Shown piece after piece: positions 26,685 to 37,980 of a DNA stretch of 64,000 bases. The stretch is from Octopus sinensis (taxonomy: Eukaryota), in assembly GCF_006345805.1 (NCBI RefSeq), contig NC_043001.1, positions 44,826,001-44,890,000 of the forward strand, read 5' to 3'. The translations under genes were made by a program, and so were the position numbers. Positions within the stretch are counted from its first letter, which is position 1, and every line of letters starts with the position of its first letter. A model generated the notes under the pieces. It had not been told where the DNA came from and searched no databases. It worked only from the letters and a program-made list of their open reading frames with translations.

Positions 26685-27509
26685 TTAAGTACCAGTGAAT
26701 CACTGGAGTCGATGTAATCAACTTATCCCCTCCTCCCAACATGGTTGCCTTTGTAGCAAAATTTGAAACTACTTTCTTGCGATAAAGATAGGGGAGGTAA
26801 CTCAGGTTTCCAATTCGATACTTAAATAGGTACCGCCGTTTTCATAAAATGTGATGGCATTATTTACCGATAATTTACAAATAAGTGAACTGTAACATGC
26901 TACACAGCATATTGCTTATACGTGAGTATATACATGACGGATTTTGATAAACTACACAAGAGCAACAAAGTCATATTACCGGAAGGGGAAACTATTCCAA
27001 AATAAACACTATTTCCTTTTACATTTATGCCCCTTGAACTGTAAGACGAGAACTATGGCGTTAAAGACGTCTAGGAAAGGCGGTAAAAGTGAGAAGTTGT
27101 GTATGTCTATGTTTGTTTATTTGTTTGTTTGTTTAGATGGATGGGTGTGTGTGTGTATCCCCAACCACTTGACGACTGGAATAGGTTTCTTTATGTAACT
27201 TAGCGAATCAGCTAAAGAGACGGACAGAATAAGTTCCAGGCATGAAACAAATAAGTAGTGGGATTGATTTGTTCAATTAAACTTCTCAAGGCGGGGCCCC
27301 AGCAAGGCCGTTGAGCAACGACTGGAACAAAGCAGAGATTCTACATACATACATACAAGGCCGATTTAGGGTTGCTGGCGCCCCGGGTGACTGCCAAAGT
27401 GCCAGTCCTGCATGCATACATACATACATACAAACACACACGCACATATGTATGTATGCATGTTTGTATGTATGTACGTACGTATGTATGTGTGAGTATG
27501 TATATATAT

Positions 27510-27552
<43 letters not shown>

Positions 27553-27570
27553 ACATACACAGACACATAC

Positions 27571-27598
27571 GTGCGCGAATCGCCTTAGCAGTCGCCAT
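27571..27598 (-). CDS. putative first coding exon of the ZNF gene (MATAKAIRA+C)
   Basis: AATATGGCG start context, CpG-rich patch, GTATGT donor after 27571; phase 1 joins exon 23244 in frame (MATAKAIRAHYLNKRVVHLKK..); total CDS 1437 nt, 478 aa. Confidence 0.7.
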
Positions 27599-27775
27599 AT
27601 TCCCTTCCATATCGGCTAACTCTGATGAGCGTAAGGTTATATAATTGGATTGTTACCTAACTGTCCTTTGAATTCCTTGCGAGAAACCGATTGGTAAGAT
27701 CAGCCGTGATGGATATATAATACTATATATATATAAACACACACATATGTACATTGTGCGCGCGCACGCACGTTA
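27590..27775 (-). promoter_or_regulatory. putative ZNF promoter/TSS region
   Basis: YY1-type CGCCATATT (27593-27601) overlapping the ATG; GTGCGCGCGCAC at 27756-27767; CpG retained. Confidence 0.5.
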
Positions 27776-27932
27776 TCATTTAAGAATCCAGAGTTTGGTT
27801 GTTTCTCAGTGTACGTGTAGAAGTACGAAAAACAAAAACGTGAGAGATTGCTTATAAGATCATCTTACGTACATTTCATTAACACAGGGTTACTATTAGT
27901 CACACAATGTGTATTACGTAATTAAAACTTAA

Positions 27933-28153
27933 CCTTTTTGTTACCAGCCTGGCTGAAATCGCCTCTGGCTCTGTAGTACAAATGTCTTGTTTTCATAAGT
28001 TTTGAATGAAAATCTTCCACCAAACCTCAGTCACAATTAATGTTCCTAACTTTAGCTTAATGATAACTAAGTTATTTTACTAAATTCTTTGTTATTTTTT
28101 AAATAATTGAGAGAAACACAAAGCATCTCAACAGAAATATGGAGACAAAAGGG
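27933..28153. mobile_element. second TTAA-flanked MITE (221 bp, imperfect TIR)
   Basis: TTAA (27929-27932) CCTTTTTGTTACCA ... TGGAGACAAAAGGG TTAA (28154-28157). Confidence 0.65.
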
Positions 28154-28279
28154 TTAATGTCAAATTTTCACATAATTTACATTATGTAATTAATAATCAC
28201 TTTATGTTAATGAAACGTTTGTATGCATGTATGTATATTTGTATGTATGCATATATGTATGTTTGTGGATAGATAGTTG

Positions 28280-28325
<46 letters not shown>

Positions 28326-28503
28326 GATGTTATATCCACGACCAAATTTAAATATAAATAGTCACCGTGGATTAAATAAGAATGTAAACGATTTTTTAAA
28401 ATATCCTTGCTGTACAAGAGAAAGAGAAGGAGTCTTCTCGCAGACCTTTTCATGATTTGTTGAATGCATATGCACACACACATGTATGTATGTACATATA
28501 TAT

Positions 28504-28803
28504 AGATCACATGACAGACCAGGCTATCAGATGTTGCTACACATCGCTGGTCACAATGCGCTTCGCATTGTTTTAGCCTTCAAATTACGCCACCCCGCTA
28601 AGCGAGCAGGCCAACAGAAGAAAGAGTGAGAGAAAGTTGTGGCGAAAGAGTACAGCAGGGATCGTCACTACCCCCTGCCAGAGCCTCGTGGAGCTTTAGG
28701 TCCTTTCGCTCAATAAACACTCACAACGCCCGATCTGGGAATCGAAATCGCGATCCTACGACCGCGAGTCCGCTGACCTAACCAGTGGGCCATTGCGCCT
28801 CCA
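28504..28803 (-). mobile_element. young tRNA-derived SINE, distinct family
   Basis: Minus-strand head GGAGGCGCAATGGCCCACTGGTTAGG..GATTTCGATTCCCAG with A/B-box-like motifs; CpG-rich body. Confidence 0.75.
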
Positions 28804-28859
<56 letters not shown>

Positions 28860-29348
28860 TTGAGAGAGAGAGAAATATGGGTGTATACATGTTTGCATAA
28901 TCACCTTCCTGGGTTTTACTGTGTACTGTTATTGATTTGTATCACACCAATTTACTTCAAAGTATTTAACTAACTTTTCTTTCCCGTTTACCTTCTATCG
29001 CCAACCTGCCTGATCTTAAATCTTGTGTGTGTGTGTGTGTGTGTGTGAATACAAACGCACATATATAATGTGGTGGATGCGTTTTATCCGATGAGGACTC
29101 AGCTCAATCAACTGAATCATGTCAGTTGGCGAACGTTCGTTAACGAAATTTTCAATCGTCCTGGTCGGTTTCTCATGTAAAGAATTTGAAGCTATTAAAA
29201 GAAAAACAAAAAAAGAAACCTGCTTAAGATGCTCAGCAATATGTATGGAATCGACCAAGGGTATCCGTGGCTGCAAAGCGAACTTCTTAGCCATTTGGCT
29301 ACATAGTGCCTACGCGCTCGCGCGCACACACACACACGTTTATATATA

Positions 29349-29724
29349 CTCTCTTTTACTTGTTTCAGTCATTTGACTGCGGCCATGCTGGAGCACCGCC
29401 TTTAGTCGAGCAAATCGACCCCGGGACTTATTCTTTGTAAGCCCAGTACTTATTCTATCGGTCTCTTTTGCCGAACCGCTAAGTGACGGCGACGTAAACA
29501 CACCAGCATCGGTTGTCAAGCAATGCTAGGGGGACAAACACAGACACACAAACATACACACACACACATATATATATATATATACATATATACAACGGGC
29601 TTCTTTCAGTTTCCGTCTACCAAATACACTCACAAGGCTTTGGTCGGCCCGAGGCTATAATAGAAGACACTTGCCCAAGACTGTGGTTGGTAAGCAAGCT
29701 ACTTACCACACAGCCACTCCTGCG
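29349..29724 (-). mobile_element. CORE-like tRNA SINE (family B), young copy
   Basis: Minus strand has CTTGGGCAAGTGTCTTCTA (CORE-like) and tail GCATGGCCGCAGTCAAATGACTGAAACAAGTAAAAGAG; similar copies at ~33820-34180, ~57978-58335, ~59772-60163. Confidence 0.8.
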
Positions 29725-30019
29725 CATAATAACAAATTAATAAATAAAACATATGCATATATACATACATATATGTACGTACCTACATCTATATGTATAT
29801 ATACATGCATATATGGGTACAGGACACCAAAAAAAAAAAACGTCGAACACAACGAGAAAAGAAAACATAAACACAAAACCAAGGAAATGGACATTTTTCT
29901 TAAACAACGAAAAAATAGAGTACAAGATATGCAACACAGGAAAATTCCCCTTCTTCAGCCGCCTCTGTTTCATCTACTCCGCTTTTCGAAGGTAAAGGTG
30001 TGATATGTATGTATATATA

Positions 30020-30072
<53 letters not shown>

Positions 30073-30073
<1 letters not shown>

Positions 30074-30300
30074 TTTATTTAAAGCAGCAGAAAATTCAAC
30101 AAAACCTGTTACTCTGAGTTTCTCGTTGCCGTTCATCGGACAGTTTTTTCTAGCAAAAACTGTCCGATGAACGGCAACGAGAAACTCAGAGTAACAGCTT
30201 TTGTTGAATTTTCTGCAGCTTTAAATAAAGCATATTACTCTACCACTGGTATTTGGGTACTCTTTTTTCCACCTTGTTTCACATTTATGTTTACTCCGGT
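30073..30300 (+). mobile_element. foldback Penelope-pLTR-like mini-element between (TA)n tracts
   Basis: 76-bp arms 30073-30148 / 30155-30230 (2 mismatches) around TCTAGC; right arm holds CCGATGA-ACGGCAACGA-GAAAC-TCAGA-GTA, then AATAAA and a unique tail up to (TA)n. Confidence 0.7.
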
Positions 30301-30318
30301 ATATATATATATATATAT

Positions 30319-32786
30319 AACCCAAGACTGAAGAAGTTTGAGGACGACTTGTGGGACATAGTTAGAAAGATCAAGTTCAGGAAGTCACCCAGGAGAAATG
30401 CCCACCTCAGATACCTAGATAAAATTACCAAGGACAGTAATAGAACGGACGGAGTCCTGGTCCAGTCCGACAAGACCAGGAACACATACAAGCTGCCCAT
30501 TAAGCAGTACCTAGATTTACTCGGTAAAGAGATCAAGAAAAATTATAGAAAAACCAATTGGAGTACCCTGAGGAAGGTAAACTTGGAAATTAAGGAAATA
30601 ATATTTAAACACCGAATTCAAATGAGAACTCAGCCGCTTAGCCCTAAGCAACCCAGATTTATAGTGAAGGACCATAAACCGAACTTCCACACCAACCCAG
30701 CGCTAAGACTCATATGCCCTGCTAGATCTGATATCGGGATAATCAGTAAGTACATTTTAGATAAATATATCCCTAGTTTAGTAAACAAGCTGAAGCTCAG
30801 CCTCTGGGCCAACTCCTCGCAGGTAGTGAAGTGGTTCTCTTCCATCCCCAATAAGAACCGTACTAGGTTCATTCAGTTTGATATCGCCAGCTTCTACCCC
30901 TCGATTAACCCTAGTGTGCTAAATAAGGCCCTCTGGCATGCTCACAACAAGGCTGGCCTCACCAGAGAAGAGATAGATATCATTTTAGTTGCCAGGAAAT
31001 CGTTCATTAAGTTTGATAATAAGTTGTGGATCCGTAAAGATACTCCCAATGAATTTGATGTGCCTATGGGTAGTTCGGATAGTGCGCAGATAGCCGATTT
31101 GGTCGGAATATATATTCTCTACGAATTGTCCGACCAATTCCCGGAGATCGCGGGCGGCCTGTATCGTGACGATTGTCTGTTTTACCTGCAAAACACCACG
31201 AACAGAATAGTGCAGAAAACTAAGAGCAGGTTAGCTAGGTTTTTTAATAGAATGGGCATGAGTATAGTTTTTGATAATGAACTCACCAAGGCTAATTTCC
31301 TAGACGTTACACTTAACCTTAATAGCGACTCATACTGCCCTTACCATAAGCCTTCCACTAATTTGAAGTATGTCAGTGTCTTCTCAAATCATGCCAAAAC
31401 CGTAACAGACAATTTGGTTAAAAACATCTCTCTAAGATTGTCTGGCTTGTCCGCCAGTGCCGATATTTTTATGCAGAAAGCGGAATTTTATAACGCCGCA
31501 CTATCCAAGGCCGGTTATAGGCAGAAGGTATTTATATTGATCCGGCCCTTCCGATGCCATCATTCGGTCATCAGGATAGGGCCGTATATAATAACATTAA
31601 CAATTTAAGTAAGGACGGGAGCGCGGCGGATGCCGGGGTAGTCGCTCCCGCATTTAATTTAGCGAACAAGGATAATTATCGGTCCGGGAGGTCTTACACT
31701 AACCCAAGACCCGTTATTCATCCGAGAATCACCCACCCGAATGCGAGAGCTGGCGTCCCGACCCATCACACTGATAGGAATAAGCATATATGGTTTGTAA
31801 TCCCCTTTGGTAAGCAGATTAGAACTAACCTCCCCCTCATGTTTAGACAAGCCATCGCCAATAACTTCCCCAGAAATTCCAAATATTACTCCACGGTTAA
31901 CTCGCATAAAGTTAGGATAGCTTTCTCCAACACTAAAAACCTCGCCCAGATAATCGCCTCCCATAATAATAGGCTACTTACTAAGACCCTATCACCTTTT
32001 TCCGGAGGCACAGCCTCTTCCGCTCCCGGTTTAATGCTCAGTAGGAATAATTATAGTAGTAATAATGATATGAGAGCCAGTACAGTGACACATAATCTCA
32101 GCCAGGGAGTACCCACTAGGGGTATAGTTATAAATAGGGGTGTTGTAGTTGACGGTAACAATGGGAGTAGGGTAGAGAGCCCCAATAGCATCCCCAGCAT
32201 CATTTCCCGCAATAGCAGCACCACGGGCACTAGCAATGACAGCACTCTGATAGATAGTGGAGAATCAGGGGTTATTCCTATAGTTAATAGTGACGTAGTG
32301 GAAAATAGAGTAGTAAGCGGCCGCAGGTCTCGGAACGAATATAGTGACAGGAACGCAGTTCTAATTTCAGAAACTAATCCTAGCAGAATAAGATTCACGT
32401 CGGCGAACTCCAAGATCAAAAACGCCGTCTACCAATGCAAGGTTTACACGGACTCACATGTCTTCACTTATGTAGGGGCCTCATCCTCAAGATTGTCTTT
32501 GCGAGTCTCCAACCATTACGCAACTTTTCGGGACATGAACAAGCGCCAGACCACGGGACTCAGTAAGCTAATATGGCGACTGAAGGATACGAACTTAAGC
32601 TACAGGCTGGAATGGTCAATTTTGTCGGTGGCCCTCTCATTTGATAGGGGCAGAAGGCAGTGCAACCTTTGTGTCTCCGAACTCTTCCATATTTTGTTTG
32701 CCAGAGGCCGGATGGTAAACGGGCTTTTACAGTCGGCTTTTCGATGCCCCCATTGGCGGCGTTACACTTATCTGGCTTTTAAATAG
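30319..32786 (+). pseudogene. Naiad RT-EN ORF, 822 aa if one T is restored at ~31531-31533
   Basis: ORFs 30253-31608 and 31554-32786 overlap; adding one T gives GYRQKVFYIDP in a single frame; no other stops; N-terminus cut at (TA)n. Confidence 0.8.
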
Positions 32787-33364
32787 CGTTTATAAATAAT
32801 ACCGGCACCCATAGCCCTTGGTAACAAATTCTGAAATAGCCTTTAAGATATCTACCATTAACCACTGCAAGGGGAATTACTCCTGTAAGATAAACGGGGC
32901 TTGGTTTTTTCACAACGGGGGGTTTTCCTTGACAAGGCAGGCTTAGATGAACACACACACACATAAAACATAATATATATATTTTTTTTCTGCCACCCAA
33001 CGGTTCTCACTGCAGTAGCCACTGACAGCCGAACGATCAAACGCACGCACAAAAAATGTTTTCTACCCCTACGCCAGCACACACATATATAGAACAGTAT
33101 ACACACACACGTCTCTAAGTAGATTTTTTCTCGCCCCTTATAAAACATCCAATATTCCTTAAATAGTCAGAACTTTATTCTCGGTCACAAAGAACATCTA
33201 CACACCCTCACCCACATGATTGACCGATGCCTGACCCGTTAAATTCTTCAGCCACCGGTTCTCAACATACACTGATAAACAGTTTCGCCATGGGCTCCTA
33301 GGAGCCTAGTTCGATTTCTTTTGCTCCGCCTCTGTTCTGTTTTTGTTTTTTCCAACGGATTTCC

Positions 33365-33457
33365 TATTTCTTCCTGAAGAGAAAGACACAATATGGTCCC
33401 ATTATTCAATCGGATTTTGGTAAATTGTGCCTTTCGAAACACGTGTAGAATGAAATA
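33365..33457 (+). ncRNA. type I hammerhead ribozyme in the PLE 3' end
   Basis: CTGAAGA 33374-33380; stem II 33381-33392/33424-33435 (11/12 bp, G-C closing); GAAAC 33436-33440; palindromic ACACGTGT stem III; GTA cleavage triplet 33445-33447; stem I TATTTCTTC/GAA(T)GAAATA. Confidence 0.85.
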
Positions 33458-33507
33458 AAACGATTTCTGTTCAATCTGCGTTCAGCTCCATTTCTTCAAT
33501 TCACCAA

Positions 33508-33568
<61 letters not shown>

Positions 33569-33819
33569 TAACAGTTATCGCCTTGCTAATATGGCAGTCC
33601 ATAAATATAAGACTAAAGCTGCCGTTGATTAGCTCCAAGAGGCCATCGCCTCTAGCTAGCTATATGACACACGAATCTGTGTCCATTACAATCTTCGAAC
33701 AAGGGAGGTCAGCCGCTTCCCCTTGCTGGTCAGGCATCTGCAGACATGTTTCAGGGTATTTGCCCTTTATCATTGCAGAGTTTGCCAAACCCAGCAGGCG
33801 TCGCTGGGTTTATATATAG

Positions 33820-34180
33820 CTTTTCCTTGCTTAAGTCATTTGACTGCGGTCATGTTGGGGCACCACCTTAAAGGGTTTTAGTTGAACAAATTGAACCCAG
33901 GATTTTTTTAAAGCCTGGTACTTATTCTATCGTTCTTTTACCGAACTGCTACGTTACGGGGACGTAAACATACCAACACCGGTTGTTCAGCGGTAGTGGA
34001 CAAACACAAAGATACACACACATATACATATATTCGACAGGTTTCTTTCAGTTTCCACTCATAATACTTTGGTTGGCCCAAAACTATAGTAGAAGACACT
34101 TGTCCAAGTTACCACGCAGTGGGACTGAACCCGGAACCATGTGAATAGGAAGCTAGCTTCTTATTACACAGCCACGCCTG
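33820..34180 (-). mobile_element. family B (CORE-like) SINE
   Basis: GACACTTGTCCAAGTTACCACGCAGTGGGACTGAACCCGGAACC and a tail homologous to 29349-29724. Confidence 0.8.
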
Positions 34181-34448
34181 AGCTTAGGATCACAAGGCTG
34201 GTTATTCGGTTTCCATGGTGTATAAATGGCTGAGATCATATGTCCCCTCAACGGGGCTCAAAGTGAACAATTTTGAGGGGAGGGCAACTAAATCGACCCT
34301 AGCACTTGACTGGTACTTTATGTTATCGGTTCCAAGAGATGAAAGACAAAGCTGACCTCGGCGGGATTTGAAGTCAGAAAGTATAGAAGCATAAGAAATA
34401 TCGCTAAGCATCTTGTCCCACGTGCTAACGATTTCACAAGCACACCGC

Positions 34449-34491
<43 letters not shown>

Positions 34492-35019
34492 TGTGTTGCG
34501 TGCGCGTGTGTGTGTGTAACCATCATCATCATCATCGTTACTTAACATCCACTTTAGTGAGGTAGATTTTCAGTGGCCGGATACCATTTCTGTTACCAAC
34601 TCTCACCTGTTTCCAAGTTAGGTAATATATTCCATGGACAGATATGCTTTCCATGGTAGACTGGAAATAAACATCGCTGGTATGACAGTGATGCTCGTTT
34701 ACAACCATCACGTGATTTCAACACACACATGTATAAATACCCATACATATGTATCACCAATTTTTTGAAAATATCTTACCACCTTCAATAATATAAAAGG
34801 AACAGGAAATGAAGGAAATATTCTTAGTTTATTACTGTTGTTTGTTCCTTTACACCTCTCTCAGCATCTATACAATAATACATAGAACAAAATTCATTGC
34901 TAATATCAAAAGTCTGCTTGTAAGATAACATGTTCACAGTGACGTGTGTGTGTGTGTGTGTTAGTGCATAGTAAAATTCGTAAATTCATTATTAGTGATA
35001 AATGTTCAGCTTGCAATGT

Positions 35020-35390
35020 AAAATGTTTGCTGTAGTTTGTATGTTTGCTTGTTTGTATGTATGTATGTATATATGTATGTATGTATGTATGTGTGTGTGT
35101 GAGTATGTATGTATGTGTGTGTGTGAGTATGTATGTGTGTGTGTGTGATATATGTATTATGTATGTATGTATGTGTGTGTGAGTGTGTGTGCACTTTTAC
35201 TACACTTTTCTCGCTCGATGTGGTCGACATGTAGTAAAGACTTTCATAACAAGTGAGCAGAGGTGGGCGGGCTTGTGTGTGTGTGTATGTGTGTGTGTAT
35301 GTGTGTGTGTGTGTGTATGTGTGCGTGCGTGCGTGCGCGCTGGTGAGAGAGGTAGGACTGGTTGTGGGGGTATGTATGTGCATAAATGAT
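35020..35390. repeat. compound (TG)/(ATGT) microsatellites
   Basis: Direct inspection. Confidence 0.85.
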
Positions 35391-35876
35391 ATTTTTGCGA
35401 AGCAAAAGAAAAATGCCTGCTGTTTAGTCTACTGTCGGACCTGACCGAACGCACCTATGGTCAAAGATTACACTTACTGTATGTATCTTGGTCTGCATCA
35501 GCGAATGTGTCCACCACATTTTTAAAAACAGATTTGATTACTGTTTCAAGCATGTTGAGCAACTATCTAAGAATCCCTCGGCTTGACGAAAAGTTGTTTC
35601 TTCCATTTTTTTTTTCTTTTTAAAGGGCCAATTGTTCATAGTGAAATCATCAAGTATAATAAATTTAATGAGCAGTACATTACTGGTATATGAAATACCG
35701 AAGCGGTGACACAGTAGAGAGGAAACAAGATGTAAAACATGTCATTCGGTGTTCGTGACTTTCAGCTAACTTTTATCGGGGGCTAAAGAAAATATCTTTA
35801 TCGGAACCCTTCCGAAAATTCAAGTGGAATTTCCTCCATTTCATTCATCAAATATTAGAAATATTAATAGTCCGAT

Positions 35877-35960
<84 letters not shown>
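35877..35960. repeat. (AG)n microsatellite
   Basis: Direct inspection. Confidence 0.95.
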
Positions 35961-35963
<3 letters not shown>

Positions 35964-37794
35964 CTTATATACATCTCCACCAGAATTATATACGTTGTTG
36001 AAATTATTAAAAAAATTTTCTTTGCTATATAAAAAATTCAAAATATCCTCTTTCACACACAAAAAAAAAAATGCAGCGTATACATACATACATGCATACA
36101 TGTAATTTCAGCTTTATTTTTCTATTTTTATAATTTTTGATTTCCTTTATTAAATATTCATAATTTAAGAAGAAGCAAACACGGAACCAAAAAAAAATGA
36201 TTCCAAGACTCCAAGAAGCAAAAAAGTATTTTACATGTATTAGACTTGATGAAGAGAAAAACTGTGAGAATGAAATGAAAATAAAATAAAAAACCAAATA
36301 ACTGCAACTTGAACATAAATGTGTGTGTGTGGTGTGTGTGTGTGTGTGTAGACGTGAAAAATGGAACACTGGTTCCATTGGCGATGTATTCCATGAAATG
36401 TTCACATGGCTAAAATGTAAATAAACAGGAAACATAAACAGACAGAAAGAGAGCGAGAGAGGAAGATATCTGAACAGAGAGGGGAGATTTAGAGAGGCCA
36501 AACGGAAATAGAGAGAAAGTATTGCGAAAAATAGTCGACGTTTGACAATTTCGATCGAGAACAATGAAAATTTCCAAGAATGAGATGGTTTGATAGTAGC
36601 CATGATGGTTTTAAAGGGAAAGCTTGGTTTTAATGAGAGAAATTATTAAAAATATGAGATGAAAATATGTCAAGAAAGCTGCGGTTAAATATAGAAAAAG
36701 TTTAGCCGGACACAGTGCGCACTTCTAGAAAGTGAAAGCAAATGCTTACTTACCAGAGTTCCTGCCGAATCACAACCAAAACTTCCGCTCTTTTCTGACT
36801 ATCAACATCGATGTAGTCATACGCACATAAGGCAGGAAGGAAATGAATCAGAATCTCAAGGAAAATAAGTCGGGGGGAAGGAGTAGTTAGTATAGGAGTA
36901 TTAGTAAGAGAAGCAGGAGCAGACGAGAACCTGTCGCCGCCACTACCACTACCTTAATGTGTTTCCTTGATCTTCATTTGTTATCATTATTATAATTATT
37001 TTATATTTTTCATATTTTCTTAAATGGAAAATTTTCATCATGAATTAAATCTTAAAAGTACATTTAATTCATTTCGTTCATTATATCATCGCTTAGTATT
37101 CGGTTCGATACAGTACTATTTTTTATCGCGGATTCTTCAGCATTTCCTTTCTGATTTATTTATTAATTGTAATCACTCATTTCCTCTTTCTTTCTTCTCT
37201 CTTTCCGTCCGTGAATTTTTTCTTGTGCCGGTCTTTGTTTTGAAGTAATGACATGGGAACGAGTCCTACATATCTATATATATACAAAAGACAAAGGATA
37301 TATTCTTGATTTTATTTCGCCGTTATATATATACTCGTATACTCAATTTCAATAATTGCCTTCTTTTATTAAGAGTTACATAATTCTAATTAATAAGCAC
37401 CTATACGTACGTATGTATGTATGTATGTATGTATGTATGTATGTATGTATGTATGTATGTATGTATGTATGTATGTATTTATGTATGTATATATGTATGT
37501 ATGCACGTATGTATTTGATCGGAAGGCATACCAATCATTACTATCCTGTCTTTTTGTATACAAGGCTACACTGGTTCTGTGTCTTTCTTAAAACAGTAAG
37601 TTGTGTTCTGAGAAAGATCCGGCTGTTATTTGAAGCAGGGCGGACGACCACGTAGAGGCTCCCTCATTAGTGTACAATTTCCAGGTGATCCCCTAAATCT
37701 GCAGCATTAAAGAGATCGAAGTCCATCATTGCCATACGATTTGTTAGCGGACGAAAGATAGAGAGAAACATACAAAGACGTGAGCCAACGAGTC

Positions 37795-37980
37795 CTGTGT
37801 GCGCTCGCTCGACCTGCTTAGAATGGCAGCTAAGTCTCCTTCAAATCTCTCGTCTTTAATAAGGAGATACATTTTAAACAATGTAGATCAAAGTATACAA
37901 AAATGAAGTGATCAAGGCAGGAATGCCTTTGATCATAGGTCAGATCGATCAGATGGACCTGAGGTTAAGCAACATAAAAA
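37795..37980 (+). mobile_element. short interspersed repeat family C
   Basis: GACCTGC.AGAA.AGCAGC.AAGTCTC..TCAAATC and GGAATG..TTTGATCATAGGTC.G recur at ~16330-16400, ~40940-41285 (-), ~42480-42700, ~49560-49760, ~56740-56900 (-). Confidence 0.65.

Larger units (their letters stand above)
30319..33512 (+). mobile_element. Penelope-like retroelement, Naiad type (RT plus C-terminal GIY-YIG), one frameshift
   Basis: Motifs DKTRN (30469), KDHKPNF, RLICPARSDIG, FDIASFYPSI (30877), FDVPMGS, GLYRDD (31162), NFLDVTLNL, IWF, AVYQ..YVG (32424-32477), CNLC (32661); bounded by (TA)n on both sides. Confidence 0.9.

Noticed and set aside
27620-27695. Hammerhead starting at CTGATGAG
   Set aside because: No stem II closing onto a correctly placed GAAA, and no stem I or III.
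28740-28803. tRNA gene
   Set aside because: A/B boxes are present but there is no complete cloverleaf, and it continues into a SINE body; the same applies to family A heads.
29795-30000. Intact hammerhead on the minus strand (CTGAAGA at 29952-29958)
   Set aside because: No GAAA follows; at most a deleted pLTR relic.
32400-33360. Selenoprotein-type Naiad (in-frame UGA plus SECIS), known for some Naiads
   Set aside because: The nuclease Cys positions are ordinary TGC/TGT codons, the ORF ends in TAG, and I found no convincing SECIS fold.
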